Assembly: GCA_903944345.1 (NCBI GenBank)
Contig: CAJARJ010000013.1
Coordinates: 58,672-122,671 of the forward strand
Direction of reading: 5' to 3'
DNA length: 64,000 nt
Source of the DNA: Candidatus Omnitrophota bacterium
GTDB taxonomy: Bacteria; Omnitrophota; Gorgyraeia; Zapsychrales; Fredricksoniimonadaceae
Below the pieces are notes generated by a model. The model searched no databases and was not told where the DNA came from. It was given only the letters and a program-made list of their open reading frames with translations. The position numbers were made by a program, and so were the translations under genes. This document shows, one piece after another, positions 40,379 through 50,987 of this stretch (within the stretch, counting starts at the first letter, position 1; every line of letters starts with the position of its first letter).

Positions 40379-42102
40379 CAGGTTTTCTTTTTATCCGACC
40401 TGGATTTTGAAGACGCGTTCTGCCCGTAATGATAATAATAGTAGTGATAAGCGTTCTGATCTGTGCTGTTGATCATATTCAGAACTGCTCCAAGAAGATG
40501 CGCATTGACCGCTCGAAACGCCTCCACCGCGCGTAAAGCCGCCTGACGATGAGTGCTGCCTGACTTGACCACCAGAATCGCGGCGTCCACCTTGGTTGAA
40601 AGCACAATCGCATCGGTCGCGGCCAACACCGGGGGGGTATCAAAAATCACCCGGTCATAATCTTTGAGAAGGCGCGCAATAAAATCCTCCATCTTGCGGG
40701 AGCCGAGCAATTCGGAAGGATTCGGAGGGACTTCTCCGCAGGTTAAAAGATCCAAATTGGGGATATCGGTTTTGTGAATAAACGCCTTGATATCCGTTTT
40801 CCCCAGCGCCAGGATATCGGTAATACCGTTGGCACGATCTACCTTGAACACCGAGTGCAAACGCGGATTACGCAAATCGGTATCCACCAGGATGGTACGC
40901 TCCTCCGCCTGGGCAAAAACCGTAGCCAGATTTACCGAGACCGTAGTCTTGCCTTCCGATGGCGAAGGGCTGGTGACCAGAAAAGTTTTTTTCTGCAAAT
41001 CCGGATTACTGAAAAGAATGCTGGTGCGCAGACCGCGGAAAGCTTCCGATATGGTCGAATGCCGGTCACGCGAGGAAACAAACTCAGGTTGTGCGTCAGG
41101 ACGGGAAGGATCAGCCTTGTGCAATGGAACAGGAACAAGACAAAAAGTTTTAAGGATGCTTTCGATGTCCCCCCCGGTCTTGAGCGTCTGGTCAAGGGAC
41201 TCAAAAAGGAAAACCAGTCCAAGCCCGGCGAATAGCCCCAGCATCAGTGCCAGGGCGACGTTTAACGACTTGCGCGGACGCACCGGAGAAACAGGTACCT
41301 GAGCCCGGTCAAGAATCTTGACATTGGTGATGTCGCTGGCCCCTGACAAAGAACCGGCCGGAAGTTTTTCGTCTACGCTCAGGCGACGGCGCTCGTTACT
41401 GATACGGGCGTTAATGGCCTCGATCTCGCTCATAAGCCCGGTAATAACCGGATGCTTGTCTTTATAAACCTTCAACTGCTGGGCCAGATCAGATTCCAGC
41501 TCACTGCGGCGCTGAAGCAACTGGTCAACCGAGGAAAAAAGCACATACGCCCGTGTCCAGGCGTTGGCAATACGCGCCGCCAGAGCCGGATCGGTATCTT
41601 CTACCCGGATGTCAATGACCTGGGTCATTCTAACCGGAGTGATCTTGACCTGTTTAAGCAAAGCATTCACCCGCTCGTCCCGGGTTATGTCCTTAAGCTT
41701 GTCCGCCGGTTTACCACGACGACCGGAAGGTTCATAAGTGCCGATATCATCAAACACCATATCTGCCACAGAATGACTTTTGAGGATCTCGATCTGGGAA
41801 TTAAAAAAACTGGTGCGATCCGTGTAGTCGGGCATGATCACATCCTCGACTTTCACGATCTTGGGAGGCTTGCCTTCCACCAGAATACGTGCCGCCGCGC
41901 TAAAAACCGGAACAGCCGTGGAAGAAGCAATAAGTGCTGCCACCACCGCTACGCCAACTGTGGAAAAGAGAATATGTCGGTGCTTGAAAACCTTGCGCCA
42001 GACCTCGCGCAGGTCGATTTCGATCACATCGCTCTGAATATTGTTTTCTAACGGGGCCACTGGATTAATCTCCGGATCAGAATATGCTTTCCGGGACCAC
42101 AA
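40378..42102 (-). CDS. Polysaccharide co-polymerase / tyrosine autokinase (Wzc/GumC-like)
   Basis: N-terminal transmembrane segment, chain-length-determinant domain, coiled coil, second transmembrane segment, P-loop SPSPSEGKTT, ..VDTDLRNP.., tyrosine-rich tail YHYYYYHY. Start is non-ATG (TTG at 42102 or GTG at 42060 with a GGAG ribosome-binding site). Confidence 0.85.
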   Translation of the reverse strand: MWSRKAYSDPEINPVAPLENNIQSDVIEIDLREVWRKVFKHRHILFSTVGVAVVAALIASSTAVPVFSAAARILVEGKPPKIVKVEDVIMPDYTDRTSFFNSQIEILKSHSVADMVFDDIGTYEPSGRRGKPADKLKDITRDERVNALLKQVKITPVRMTQVIDIRVEDTDPALAARIANAWTRAYVLFSSVDQLLQRRSELESDLAQQLKVYKDKHPVITGLMSEIEAINARISNERRRLSVDEKLPAGSLSGASDITNVKILDRAQVPVSPVRPRKSLNVALALMLGLFAGLGLVFLFESLDQTLKTGGDIESILKTFCLVPVPLHKADPSRPDAQPEFVSSRDRHSTISEAFRGLRTSILFSNPDLQKKTFLVTSPSPSEGKTTVSVNLATVFAQAEERTILVDTDLRNPRLHSVFKVDRANGITDILALGKTDIKAFIHKTDIPNLDLLTCGEVPPNPSELLGSRKMEDFIARLLKDYDRVIFDTPPVLAATDAIVLSTKVDAAILVVKSGSTHRQAALRAVEAFRAVNAHLLGAVLNMINSTDQNAYHYYYYHYGQNASSKSRSDKKKT

Positions 42103-42715
42103 TAATGTCTCCGGAACGTAAAACTACATTTTCCCTGTCAGCCTGATCCTTGTTCATAATATCATAAACACGTACCGGCATTTCTTCCCGAACTCCCGCC
42201 GCATTAACGCGGATCACCTTAACCTTGTTGGGCGCGGCAATCTTGGTAAAGCCCTCGGCAAGCGAGATCAGCTCCACAACAGTCAAGCGTCCCTTGATCG
42301 GATACGCTCCGGGCTTGCGCACTTCGCCCATGATGGTCACCGTACTGTACTCTTCGATAAAAGCTGTCACCTGGGGATTGACCAGATAATCTTTTTCCAG
42401 CATAATACGCAGCTTGTCCTGCAAGCCGGTAACAGTCAGCCCCGCAGCCTCTACCTGACCGATGAGAGGAAAATTGATAACCCCGGTTGAGGACACCCGG
42501 ACTTTCTGTGAAATCTTCTCGTTCTTGCCGTAGTACACATCGATCTGAATGGCGTTCTCGGGGCCGATAATATACTCAGAGGAAGTTTGCTGGTCTGCCG
42601 AAAAAGAAACACCCTGTGCGGCGGCCAGAAAGCCGGACACCGACAGGATGAAGGAAGTCAGCAATAATAAAAAGAAAAAGTGCAGCGATTTAACAATCAC
42701 AGAATAACCTCTCAA
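42077..42715 (-). CDS. Polysaccharide export protein (Wza-like periplasmic Poly_export/SLBB)
   Basis: Signal peptide; ..GPENAIQIDV.., PLIGQVEAAGLT.., SGDIIVVPE: Wza/KpsD-like motifs; non-ATG start (TTG at 42715 or GTG at 42700). Confidence 0.8.
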   Translation of the reverse strand: MRGYSVIVKSLHFFFLLLLTSFILSVSGFLAAAQGVSFSADQQTSSEYIIGPENAIQIDVYYGKNEKISQKVRVSSTGVINFPLIGQVEAAGLTVTGLQDKLRIMLEKDYLVNPQVTAFIEEYSTVTIMGEVRKPGAYPIKGRLTVVELISLAEGFTKIAAPNKVKVIRVNAAGVREEMPVRVYDIMNKDQADRENVVLRSGDIIVVPESIF

Positions 42716-42717
42716 GC

Positions 42718-43926
42718 CTACATGACCAGATCGAAGCGAATGGACGTAAGATTATCCACATACTCCTTCGAATCGATGTTGGAGAGATTTTCCTTGTGCT
42801 CATAACCCAGATTCACCCGCATGTTATCTTTAACCTCGTAACGCAAGGTACTCTTGCCGCTAACCACGGTATCCGCACGCTTGACACTTAAGGTCGTATC
42901 TGTTTCCGGATAAAGATTTCTGGCATACCCGGCTCCCAACAGCAGGCTAAAGCCGCCCTTAAGCTTTTGCTGGAACTCAGCACTTAACATATGTGCGTCA
43001 TAATAATTATTGGCACCATAAACAGATTCCAGCGCCTTGCTGATATACTTCAAGGTCAAGGAACGGCGTTCTGTAAAAGCAATGTCGATCCCGGTTTCGG
43101 ATACCAGGCCTTCATACCCCTGTTCCCCGGCATCGTCGTAATCACGCAGCTGGTAACCAAGCTTGACCGTACCCGTAATCTTGTCGGTCAACTCGCCTCT
43201 TAACCCGGCCATAAACTGGTCGTAAGAAGCATCACGGGACGCATCCCGGCTGTAATCAATCATACCGTGATCGTACTGCACCAGAGCTTTGGTCTTGGGG
43301 AATAACTGATAATAAACGGTTCCGCTGACCACATCCTCGTTGTACTCAAGTGTCCGATAGGTGCTGTCATCATAACGCTTGATGAAGTTGGCAAACGCCA
43401 ACTCATAGGTCAGACGGTTGATCTCAACCCCGACAGCGACCGCGGCCCGATTCTCACGCCGACGAATCTGATCGGTAAATTCGGTGGACGAACGGTCAAC
43501 AGTATCCTTGAAATCGTCATTAACATTAAAGTAACCAAAAGGCAGAATAAGATTCAGGTTAAGGCCCGCATTCTGATTGATATAATTCTGGCCGGAATAA
43601 TCCGAAAAAGCGGCCATATCCGCCGCGTAAAGCGCCTGGAAAAGATGGCGTGAATCGATTCCCATCGGCAGGTCAAACAGCACCTTGGGACTAAGAATGC
43701 TGATATAATCGGCCTTTTTATTATTTGAAGTCAGAAAAACGTTGCTGTCATGCTGACCGGTTAAGGAAACTCCGGACTTGAGTGTGCCTTGTCCGATACG
43801 GATTCCGTTAATATCCTTGAACTCGCGAGCTCCGATGCGAACACCCTCCTGCCGGAAAGTCTGGGCCAAAGCTGGCTGAACCATTGCCAGAAAAACAATT
43901 GAAACTATCAAAAACGATTTATTCAC
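42718..43926 (-). CDS. Putative outer-membrane beta-barrel protein of the EPS locus
   Basis: Signal peptide then alternating-hydrophobic beta-strand pattern with an aromatic-rich C-terminus (..IRFDLVM); GTG start with a GGAGG ribosome-binding site. Confidence 0.5.
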   Translation of the reverse strand: MNKSFLIVSIVFLAMVQPALAQTFRQEGVRIGAREFKDINGIRIGQGTLKSGVSLTGQHDSNVFLTSNNKKADYISILSPKVLFDLPMGIDSRHLFQALYAADMAAFSDYSGQNYINQNAGLNLNLILPFGYFNVNDDFKDTVDRSSTEFTDQIRRRENRAAVAVGVEINRLTYELAFANFIKRYDDSTYRTLEYNEDVVSGTVYYQLFPKTKALVQYDHGMIDYSRDASRDASYDQFMAGLRGELTDKITGTVKLGYQLRDYDDAGEQGYEGLVSETGIDIAFTERRSLTLKYISKALESVYGANNYYDAHMLSAEFQQKLKGGFSLLLGAGYARNLYPETDTTLSVKRADTVVSGKSTLRYEVKDNMRVNLGYEHKENLSNIDSKEYVDNLTSIRFDLVM

Positions 43927-43967
43927 GGGATTGCCTCCGTATAAAATTTATTAAATTAAACTTCTTG

Positions 43968-44558
43968 TTACGGAGTAACCGGACTGGTATCTGCAGCCGT
44001 TTCCTCGTTCTGAATATTCAGATCAAGAGTATTAGCATTCAAAACTACGGGAGGATTATACGTTTCCGCCTGAGCCTCGGCTGTCAAATTTGATGTCTGT
44101 CCACTGGCATCGGTATAGCTGACCTCGCCGCGTAAAACCTCGGGAGTACTGCCGGCCATTGCGCGAATCTGATCGCCTTCGGTCAATTCGGCAACCGAAC
44201 CATCTTCAGCCAGAACAGACACTTGACCCGCCGCACACTCTAAAATAACTGCCCCGGTAGGCTCGAAAGAAACGTTTACTGTTGATCCGCCGCCCACCAC
44301 AACACTCTGTCCGCCAGCCAAAAGATTGACCGAATCATTGCCCGTCACCACAACCGAGATAATGCCTGAAAGCACCTCGATAACGGCTCCGTCCGGAATA
44401 ACAGGTAAAGGATCCGTATCGGCAATATCCTGAACCGATCCATCAGGTAAAGTAAGGCGCAACGTACCTGTACGCGTTTCAATATTGATAGCTGCAAATG
44501 CAACAGACTGGAAGCTGATCAGAATTGCACTCAAAAATACAAAAAGCTTCTTTACCAT
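43968..44558 (-). CDS. Hypothetical secreted Gly/Val/Ser-rich protein
   Basis: Signal peptide MVKKLFVFLSAILISFQSVAFA; the ATG at 44558 has an AGGGGG ribosome-binding site. Confidence 0.45.
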   Translation of the reverse strand: MVKKLFVFLSAILISFQSVAFAAINIETRTGTLRLTLPDGSVQDIADTDPLPVIPDGAVIEVLSGIISVVVTGNDSVNLLAGGQSVVVGGGSTVNVSFEPTGAVILECAAGQVSVLAEDGSVAELTEGDQIRAMAGSTPEVLRGEVSYTDASGQTSNLTAEAQAETYNPPVVLNANTLDLNIQNEETAADTSPVTP

Positions 44559-44690
44559 AGAACCCCCTGTTGGAATAAAAGAGTTTTTCCGCTCCCGGAC
44601 ACAGAAACATCCGCAGAAAAATTGAAAATCAGCGGATACTTTTATCATTTCCGGCATTTCAAGTCAACAGAAAAGAAAAAACAAGAGATT

Positions 44691-45422
44691 TCAGGGACCT
44701 TCCAGATGCTCATCCACATGAGCCGCCAGCAGTTCAGCAACCTGGGCCGGAGGCGGGGCCTTGAAATAATGATCAATAACCGCGTGCGCCATTTCGTGAG
44801 CAATAATCGAATCGATCAAATCCTGCTCCGAAGAAAAAATAAGCGCGTGCTTGTGCACATAAAAAGAACGGGCGTCTATATTGATCCCCTCCTGGCTGGC
44901 GTAAGCCGCCTGCATATCCTTACGTGTCCGATAGAGCTCGATCGAAAGCTTCGGAATAAAGGGTTTCATTCCCAGAATATCTTCCACCCGCATCATCAGA
45001 AATTGCAGGCGGGCATTGATACGGGTTTCTATCGGATAATCACGGCTGGTAAAAAGACGGCGATACTGGGGCGACAAAGGCAACTGACGCGTTCCCAGAC
45101 GGGACTCGATTTTTCCCAGGCTGGCTCCGGGCAAATAATACAAAAACACCTTGTTCCCTTTAATAGTGGACCAGAGGATAGTTTTCTTATCGGGCGGAGG
45201 CTCGAAAGAGTTTTCCGGGACATCTTCCTCTTCTTCATAAGCGATCTGGGAACGAAGAATAGCCCGGCTTGCATCTACCAACAACATTTCCGGAGCAGCA
45301 TCCATGCGGACAAAGGCCGGCATCAAACGGGCATCCGAATAATCTTCTGCTCTTACGGAAGAAAACCCGGTCACGCAAAGAATCAATAAAACAAGGCCAA
45401 AAACAAAATCGCGACTAGACAT
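44691..45422 (-). CDS. Hypothetical secreted protein with an HExxH motif (putative zinc metallopeptidase-like)
   Basis: Signal peptide; IAHEMAHAVIDHY near the C-terminus. Confidence 0.45.
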   Translation of the reverse strand: MSSRDFVFGLVLLILCVTGFSSVRAEDYSDARLMPAFVRMDAAPEMLLVDASRAILRSQIAYEEEEDVPENSFEPPPDKKTILWSTIKGNKVFLYYLPGASLGKIESRLGTRQLPLSPQYRRLFTSRDYPIETRINARLQFLMMRVEDILGMKPFIPKLSIELYRTRKDMQAAYASQEGINIDARSFYVHKHALIFSSEQDLIDSIIAHEMAHAVIDHYFKAPPPAQVAELLAAHVDEHLEGP

Positions 45423-45975
45423 GGTAGTTATCCAGTATTTCCTTTATAACACGCGCATGACCAGCCACATCAGAAGGAAGCCCTGCAATATTATTCAAAC
45501 GGTACGTCTCGGCCTTCAGACGGGAAACGTCATCCTGCAGCTTGCGGGCTGTTTCTTCGAGCAGCTCGGACAAGGGAATCAACTCATCCCCATCGCGCAA
45601 ACGAAAACGCTGGGCCAGATACCCCTCTTTCAGACGCATCAAGTCCTGTCGTAAACGGTAAGCAGGACCGGCAATACGATGCGATATTGTGAAAGCCACA
45701 AAAACCGTAGCCAAGCCAACCGTGGCGGTAACAACCAGCGTGCTCGTGATCAGTAACGGCAAGATAAAGTCGGCTGTACTGACTACTTCAAGCCGGAAAT
45801 CCCTGAACACTGTCGTATAAGTCTGCCCGGAGAAAAAATAAACGATAGCCAGTGAAATAACTGCAGCGGCAGAAACAAGAAAAAAGAAACGTATAATAAA
45901 CCTGTTCTGAAACTTTTTGTCAACGATGCGGAAGGGATTACGCTGATTGCGCAAATCGTTAGTTTTTGTCTTCAT
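45415..45975 (-). CDS. Hypothetical membrane protein
   Basis: Two transmembrane helices followed by a coiled-coil-like segment; the ATG at 45975 has an AGGAGG ribosome-binding site. Confidence 0.45.
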   Translation of the reverse strand: MKTKTNDLRNQRNPFRIVDKKFQNRFIIRFFFLVSAAAVISLAIVYFFSGQTYTTVFRDFRLEVVSTADFILPLLITSTLVVTATVGLATVFVAFTISHRIAGPAYRLRQDLMRLKEGYLAQRFRLRDGDELIPLSELLEETARKLQDDVSRLKAETYRLNNIAGLPSDVAGHARVIKEILDNYHV

Positions 45976-46465
45976 ACTGACCTCCTCTTTGCCCGGAAAC
46001 GGGCACCGGCATATCTCCAATCACCTTGCTGTCAATCTCGATTTTGGCGTCGGACTGCAATTGTTTGATCCATTGCTCCATCACGGCAGATGATTGTTGA
46101 GCAGATACTTCGCTATTTTCCATAAATTCCCTGTACTTGGCCGCTACAACTGCTTTGAGCAAAGCCTGTCTCCAGTAATCCTGTACCTCAAGACGAAAGG
46201 AATCCTGCAACTCAAGCCCCTTTTTCTGCGCTTGTTCCATCAGCAGAAAATTGACCACCATGTTATCCAGAACACTGGCCTTGATATCATCATCTGAAAG
46301 ATCGCCAAATTGACCAAGCATCGGCGCGGCCCGTTCAAGTTCCCGCAAAAAATCATCAGCAGTTATGGCACTGCCGTTAACCCGCGCGACCACTTTCTCG
46401 GTCGTCAGAGGACGCGGAGAACAACCGGCCACATACACACAAAACAACAACAGCATCCATTTCAT
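45959..46465 (-). CDS. Putative lipoprotein, SurA-N-terminal-domain-like chaperone fold
   Basis: Lipobox ..YVAGCS; ..VARVNGSAITADDFLRELE.. resembles the SurA N-domain. Confidence 0.45.
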   Translation of the reverse strand: MKWMLLLFCVYVAGCSPRPLTTEKVVARVNGSAITADDFLRELERAAPMLGQFGDLSDDDIKASVLDNMVVNFLLMEQAQKKGLELQDSFRLEVQDYWRQALLKAVVAAKYREFMENSEVSAQQSSAVMEQWIKQLQSDAKIEIDSKVIGDMPVPVSGQRGGQYEDKN

Positions 46466-46656
46466 CCCGCACCTCCCTGTGAAACAACCGGCTCCGGTCT
46501 GGACCCGCTTTTTTTATTATATTTAATTTTCCCTAACCTGATACCAAATTTTTTGTTTTCTTTACAAGTCACCCTGCCCTTGTTTTTTACCATTTTTCCA
46601 TATAAACTTTCGCTAATTCACGAAAAATCAACACGACCAACGAAAGATGCCGCATC

Positions 46657-48681
46657 ATGATCCAGCGCTTATATCACTCAAGATGGTTTAAAAAAACAAC
46701 TTGCGCCGTCCTGGCGACATTTGTCACGCTCATCCCGGCACAATCAGGCTACACACAGGTGGTTGCCCCCATGCCGGCACCGGGCCAGATGACGCGAGTA
46801 ACCGGAAAATTTGAGCCTGCCCGCATGGCAGGAATGCGCATAGATCCCCGGAACCCGTTCAATTTCTATTTTCTCATAAACAAAGGCGAACAGTCTTTAA
46901 CACTTGAGGCCCAAAAGGCTGAATACAACAAACTCATAAAATATTTTCTGGCTTCCCTGACCATTCCGAACCGGGATATGTGGGTTAACCTGTCTCCGTC
47001 GGAGTCCGACCGCATAATCCCGGATAACTTTGCCCGGACTGAAACAGGGCACGCCCTTCTGGCACAAGATTATCTTTTAAAACAATTCACGTCTTCATTA
47101 ATGCACCCGGAAGACCCTGTCGGCAAAGAATTCTGGACAAAGATCTACGCGAAAGCGTTCGAAAAATTCGGCACAACCGAGATTCCGATAGATACCTTCA
47201 ACAAAGTGTGGATCACCGCCGACAGGGCGGATATCTATCAAAAAGACGATACCGCTCTTCTGGTCGACAGCCATCTGAAAGTGATGCTGCAGCAGGATTT
47301 CATGGCCATCAGACAGAACAAGGAACAATACGCAGTCGCGGCCGACACCCTGGCGCAAGAGAGCGACGGGGCACGCCAAATGACATCGGATCTTGTGCGG
47401 GAAGTGATCATTCCGGTCATGGAAAACGAGATAAACACCGGCAGCAACTTTGCCCAGGTTCGCCAGATATACAATTCCATGATCCTGGCAACCTGGTACA
47501 AGAAAACTCTCCGGAAAAGCCTGCTCGGACAGATCTACGCCGACAAAAGCAAAGCAGCCGGGATTGAAACAAGTGACCCGCAAGCCAGAGAGAAAATTTA
47601 TCAACAGTATCTCGAAGCGTTCCAACTGGGCGCCTTCAATTATATAAAAAATGACACAAATCCCTCAACACAGGAAACATTACCCAGAAAATATTTTTCG
47701 GGAGGAGTTGCCCTCTTGCCAGACGCAGCCATGATCAAGGTCGTCGATGAACGTTCAGCCAGAAATCAATTTCTTGGTCTGAGGAATACTGTAGAAGTTG
47801 TTACCACCCTGTTCACCAAAACCAGCCGACTCTTCCCTCTTTTACTGCTCCCCGCCAACAGCTTGACTTACGCATCAACAACTCTCCCGTCTACCGAACC
47901 GCCTGACACAGATCTCATCGCGACAACCCTCGGAATGATCCATTCACAGACCGCAGAATTCATGAATCTGCTGAACAACGAAGCAACCGGCTGGGCGCTG
48001 CTGGGAATATTCCTCGTTTCCGTGCCCCTGATCCTGTACCATGCCCACAAACTCAGGATCAAGATCGCACTTGCTGTCCAGATTATCGATACCAGGACAG
48101 ACTTGTTGTCCAGGGAAGACCTTTTAGCAATACTAAAAGAGGTATACCGGTCAGATGCAACCACAAGCTCGGATCTGGACATTCAGTTTATTACCAATAG
48201 CATGCAAAAGCAGAATATCGATATTCAAACCGGTCTCGCGGCATTAATATCGTTCTTCAGCCTGGATCAGGAACACCGCTTGCTTGAGGTCAATGCAACT
48301 GCCTACATAGCCAACATAAAAACAAACGATCTCACATCGAAAAGAAACAGATTGAATCCTCTCCGTCACGCGGCTGAGATTTCCGACATTGAAAGAAGAA
48401 TACACCAGAGCGAACAATCTTATATGCAACTGGAAAAAGCCATAGACGCATTAACACCCCCCGATTCTGCCGCCCTGCAGGCGCCTACCGGCGGTATTGA
48501 TCTGGATGAAAAATATCTGACCATGAATATCCGTGTGGACGGAAAAGGAATGCCTTTGCCGGTGTCCATGCAGGATCCGGCGATGCTTGATATCGACGGG
48601 CTCTCACCGTTCATTCGTGAGATTGAACCTGTGACCCCCTTGAATATGCCGGTATTCCTGGAACTGACCCAAAGCCCGTAA
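46657..48681 (+). CDS. Family paralog P2 (674 aa): signal peptide, conserved N-domain, hydrophobic segment, C-terminal GGIDL module
   Basis: ..GMRIDPRNPFNFYF..WVNLSPSESDRIIPDNF..LLAQDYLLKQ..FGTTEIPIDTFNKVWITADRADIY..LKVMLQQD..REVIIPVMENEIN..NSMILATWYK..PRKYFSGG..; transmembrane-like GWALLGIFLVSVPLILY; ends ..APTGGIDLDEKY..PLPV.. Confidence 0.8.
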   Translation: MIQRLYHSRWFKKTTCAVLATFVTLIPAQSGYTQVVAPMPAPGQMTRVTGKFEPARMAGMRIDPRNPFNFYFLINKGEQSLTLEAQKAEYNKLIKYFLASLTIPNRDMWVNLSPSESDRIIPDNFARTETGHALLAQDYLLKQFTSSLMHPEDPVGKEFWTKIYAKAFEKFGTTEIPIDTFNKVWITADRADIYQKDDTALLVDSHLKVMLQQDFMAIRQNKEQYAVAADTLAQESDGARQMTSDLVREVIIPVMENEINTGSNFAQVRQIYNSMILATWYKKTLRKSLLGQIYADKSKAAGIETSDPQAREKIYQQYLEAFQLGAFNYIKNDTNPSTQETLPRKYFSGGVALLPDAAMIKVVDERSARNQFLGLRNTVEVVTTLFTKTSRLFPLLLLPANSLTYASTTLPSTEPPDTDLIATTLGMIHSQTAEFMNLLNNEATGWALLGIFLVSVPLILYHAHKLRIKIALAVQIIDTRTDLLSREDLLAILKEVYRSDATTSSDLDIQFITNSMQKQNIDIQTGLAALISFFSLDQEHRLLEVNATAYIANIKTNDLTSKRNRLNPLRHAAEISDIERRIHQSEQSYMQLEKAIDALTPPDSAALQAPTGGIDLDEKYLTMNIRVDGKGMPLPVSMQDPAMLDIDGLSPFIREIEPVTPLNMPVFLELTQSP

Positions 48682-48787
48682 TTATCCGTTCCCCCTAACA
48701 ACCCTGAGATAGTTAGGTAAACATTGTAAGGTTACCGACAATTAATGTACTAAATCTGAAATAAGATGAAAACACAGGAAAAAAAAC

Positions 48788-50977
48788 ATGTTCAAACGTT
48801 TGTGTGCAATCCTACTAATCGTGTCCGTTCTTGTCACTTCCACAATTCCCTCGGCGGCTTTGGCCCAGATGTCGTCTTTACCCGTCCCCGGATCCATGCT
48901 GGGGAAAACCCCGGATTTCTCTCCTCTGATAATGCAGGGAGTTCGCGTCCATCCCGATAATGCTCTCCTGTTTGATTTTATTATCGATTCCGGAGACTCA
49001 GGACTCGCCACTGACAGTGCCGCTTTCAGACAGGAAGCCGGAAAACTCGTCAATTATTTTCTGGCGTCGCTCACTATAAAAGAAGAAGACCTTTGGGTTA
49101 ACCTTTCCCCGTTTGAACACAACCGCATCCTCTCCCCCGATCTGGAAAAAACAGAACTGGGCAGTGACATGCTGGCACAAGACTACATCCTGAAACAATT
49201 AAGCGCTTCACTGATCTATCCGGAAGAAAATCTGGGAGAAACGTTCTGGAACCGGGTCTACGCCCGTGCCCGGGAAGAATTCGGCACCACAAACATACCG
49301 GTCGACACCTTCCACAAAATATGGATCAAGGCAGACAAGGTCCGGGTTATCGAACACGAGGGGGCCGCCTATGTGGCCGGAGCACACCTGAAAGTCATGC
49401 TGGAACAGGACTATCTGGCCATAAGCCGCACACCTTCCGACGGCGAAGGCAGCGATATTGCCCGTGATATCCTGCGCGAAGTCATTGTTCCTGAAATAGA
49501 AAAAGAAGTCAACCGGGGCACCCATTTTGCCCCGCTCAGGCAGATGTTCAATTCCATGATCCTTGCCACATGGTACAAGCTGGCACTCAAAGACGCCCTG
49601 CTCAACCGGATTTACAGCGACCGCGGAAAAACCGGCGGCGTACTGGCAGACGATCCGGCAGAAGCAGAGAAAATCTATGAACGCTATCTGGAAGCTTACA
49701 AAAAAGGCGTTTTCAACTATATCAAGGAAACCCCCGGAGCGAATGAGGAACCTACTTTGCCAAGAAAATATTTCTCGGGTGGAGTGGACGGGAACCTGGC
49801 TAAAATACTGGAACGTGTGGATGCCGCTGCTGCTCCGACAGAACTGACAGCTCCTGGCAACAGTCGCCGCTCCGCCGTTACGGTGCGGCTGGAAACAGTT
49901 GCCCAACCGGTCGAAGACTCCGTTCCTGCAAAAGAAACCCAACAACGCATAGAAAACTTCCTGGCGGGACACTCCGAAACGGCAACAGATGCGTCCATGC
50001 TGTCTGATTTAAACGAACTGATCAAAACTATCCGCGAACTTCCGGTCGACATGTTCGAAAAACGTTTCGAGGAACTCTCCCTGTTGACCAGTAAAAAACA
50101 GTTGCGCGTCCTGCGTGATTTGTTCGACAAAATAAGAGGCCTGGACGAGCCTGGCGTTGAGCATCTGATCTCCCGGATAAAAGCCCTGGGTCTCAGGCAG
50201 GCCGAAATGGATGAACTGGTTGAAAATCTCGAAAAAACTGTCTGGATGCGAAAAGAAGCTTCCGGCCCGGCTGTCTCCACCGATCGTTACATCACCCTTC
50301 TGAAAAAAAAGATTGCCCTGAGCCTGTCATTTATAGTTCTGGGATTTATATCCGGGAGCTTTGCCGTTATCGACATGCTAGACAACAGAACAGAATGGAC
50401 TTCTCTGCTGGCCATTTTTGCCTCGTACATTTTTTTTATACTGGCCAGGCATCTGGACAAATATATTAAAAGCATGAACGAGCAACCGGCCAAACGTACG
50501 CTGGGCCAGAACGATCTTGTGAATCTGGCGGAACAGTTTCTTGTCCTTTATCAGAATGGCGAAGCGATACCGGGTGCAACCGAAGAGCTCGCGCGGGACG
50601 CCGTCAATTACGAAATCTATTTCTGGCTGCTGCACGAAAGATACATTGCGCCCGATGATCTGCCTGCTGCTGTTCGTGGTGTCAGCCAACAGCTGTCGCT
50701 AACACCATTAAAAGGCCCTGGCAGTTACTGGAGCATTACCGTCAATCACCCTGACCCTCTGGACAGTAACACCGACCAGTCCCAGGCCGCCAAGGGTGGT
50801 ATCGACCTGAATGCCAAAACCATGAGCCTGGATATTTCCAGAACAGCGGCAAGCGCCGCGATCAGAATGGATCAATCTGCCTTCGACGGGTTTGAGGACA
50901 ACCTGTTTTCGGGACTGCAGGGGATTATTATCAGGATCGTTCCGGTTGAAAACCCGGCCGTATTTCTGGGCGTCTGA
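48788..50977 (+). CDS. Family paralog P3 (729 aa): signal peptide, conserved N-domain, two hydrophobic segments, C-terminal GGIDLN module
   Basis: ..GVRVHPDNALLFDF..WVNLSPFEHNRILSPDL..LAQDYILKQ..FGTTNIPVDTFHKIWIKADK..LKVMLEQD..REVIVPEIEKEVN..NSMILATWYK..PRKYFSGG..; ends ..AAKGGIDLNAKT..IVPVENPAVFLGV. Confidence 0.8.
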   Translation: MFKRLCAILLIVSVLVTSTIPSAALAQMSSLPVPGSMLGKTPDFSPLIMQGVRVHPDNALLFDFIIDSGDSGLATDSAAFRQEAGKLVNYFLASLTIKEEDLWVNLSPFEHNRILSPDLEKTELGSDMLAQDYILKQLSASLIYPEENLGETFWNRVYARAREEFGTTNIPVDTFHKIWIKADKVRVIEHEGAAYVAGAHLKVMLEQDYLAISRTPSDGEGSDIARDILREVIVPEIEKEVNRGTHFAPLRQMFNSMILATWYKLALKDALLNRIYSDRGKTGGVLADDPAEAEKIYERYLEAYKKGVFNYIKETPGANEEPTLPRKYFSGGVDGNLAKILERVDAAAAPTELTAPGNSRRSAVTVRLETVAQPVEDSVPAKETQQRIENFLAGHSETATDASMLSDLNELIKTIRELPVDMFEKRFEELSLLTSKKQLRVLRDLFDKIRGLDEPGVEHLISRIKALGLRQAEMDELVENLEKTVWMRKEASGPAVSTDRYITLLKKKIALSLSFIVLGFISGSFAVIDMLDNRTEWTSLLAIFASYIFFILARHLDKYIKSMNEQPAKRTLGQNDLVNLAEQFLVLYQNGEAIPGATEELARDAVNYEIYFWLLHERYIAPDDLPAAVRGVSQQLSLTPLKGPGSYWSITVNHPDPLDSNTDQSQAAKGGIDLNAKTMSLDISRTAASAAIRMDQSAFDGFEDNLFSGLQGIIIRIVPVENPAVFLGV

Positions 50978-50987
50978 GTTCCCCGGC

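Noticed and set aside
38927-43926. Calling the EPS locus a PEP-CTERM/exosortase system and the paralog tails PEP-CTERM signals
   Set aside because: No exosortase gene is in the window, and the tails lack the PEP motif, transmembrane helix and Arg-rich end. The similarity is only in gene repertoire.
48694-48717. CCTAAC...GTTAGG hairpin between P2 and P3 as an intrinsic terminator
   Set aside because: The stem is only 6 bp with a 12-nt loop and no following T-run. At best it is a weak RNA structure.
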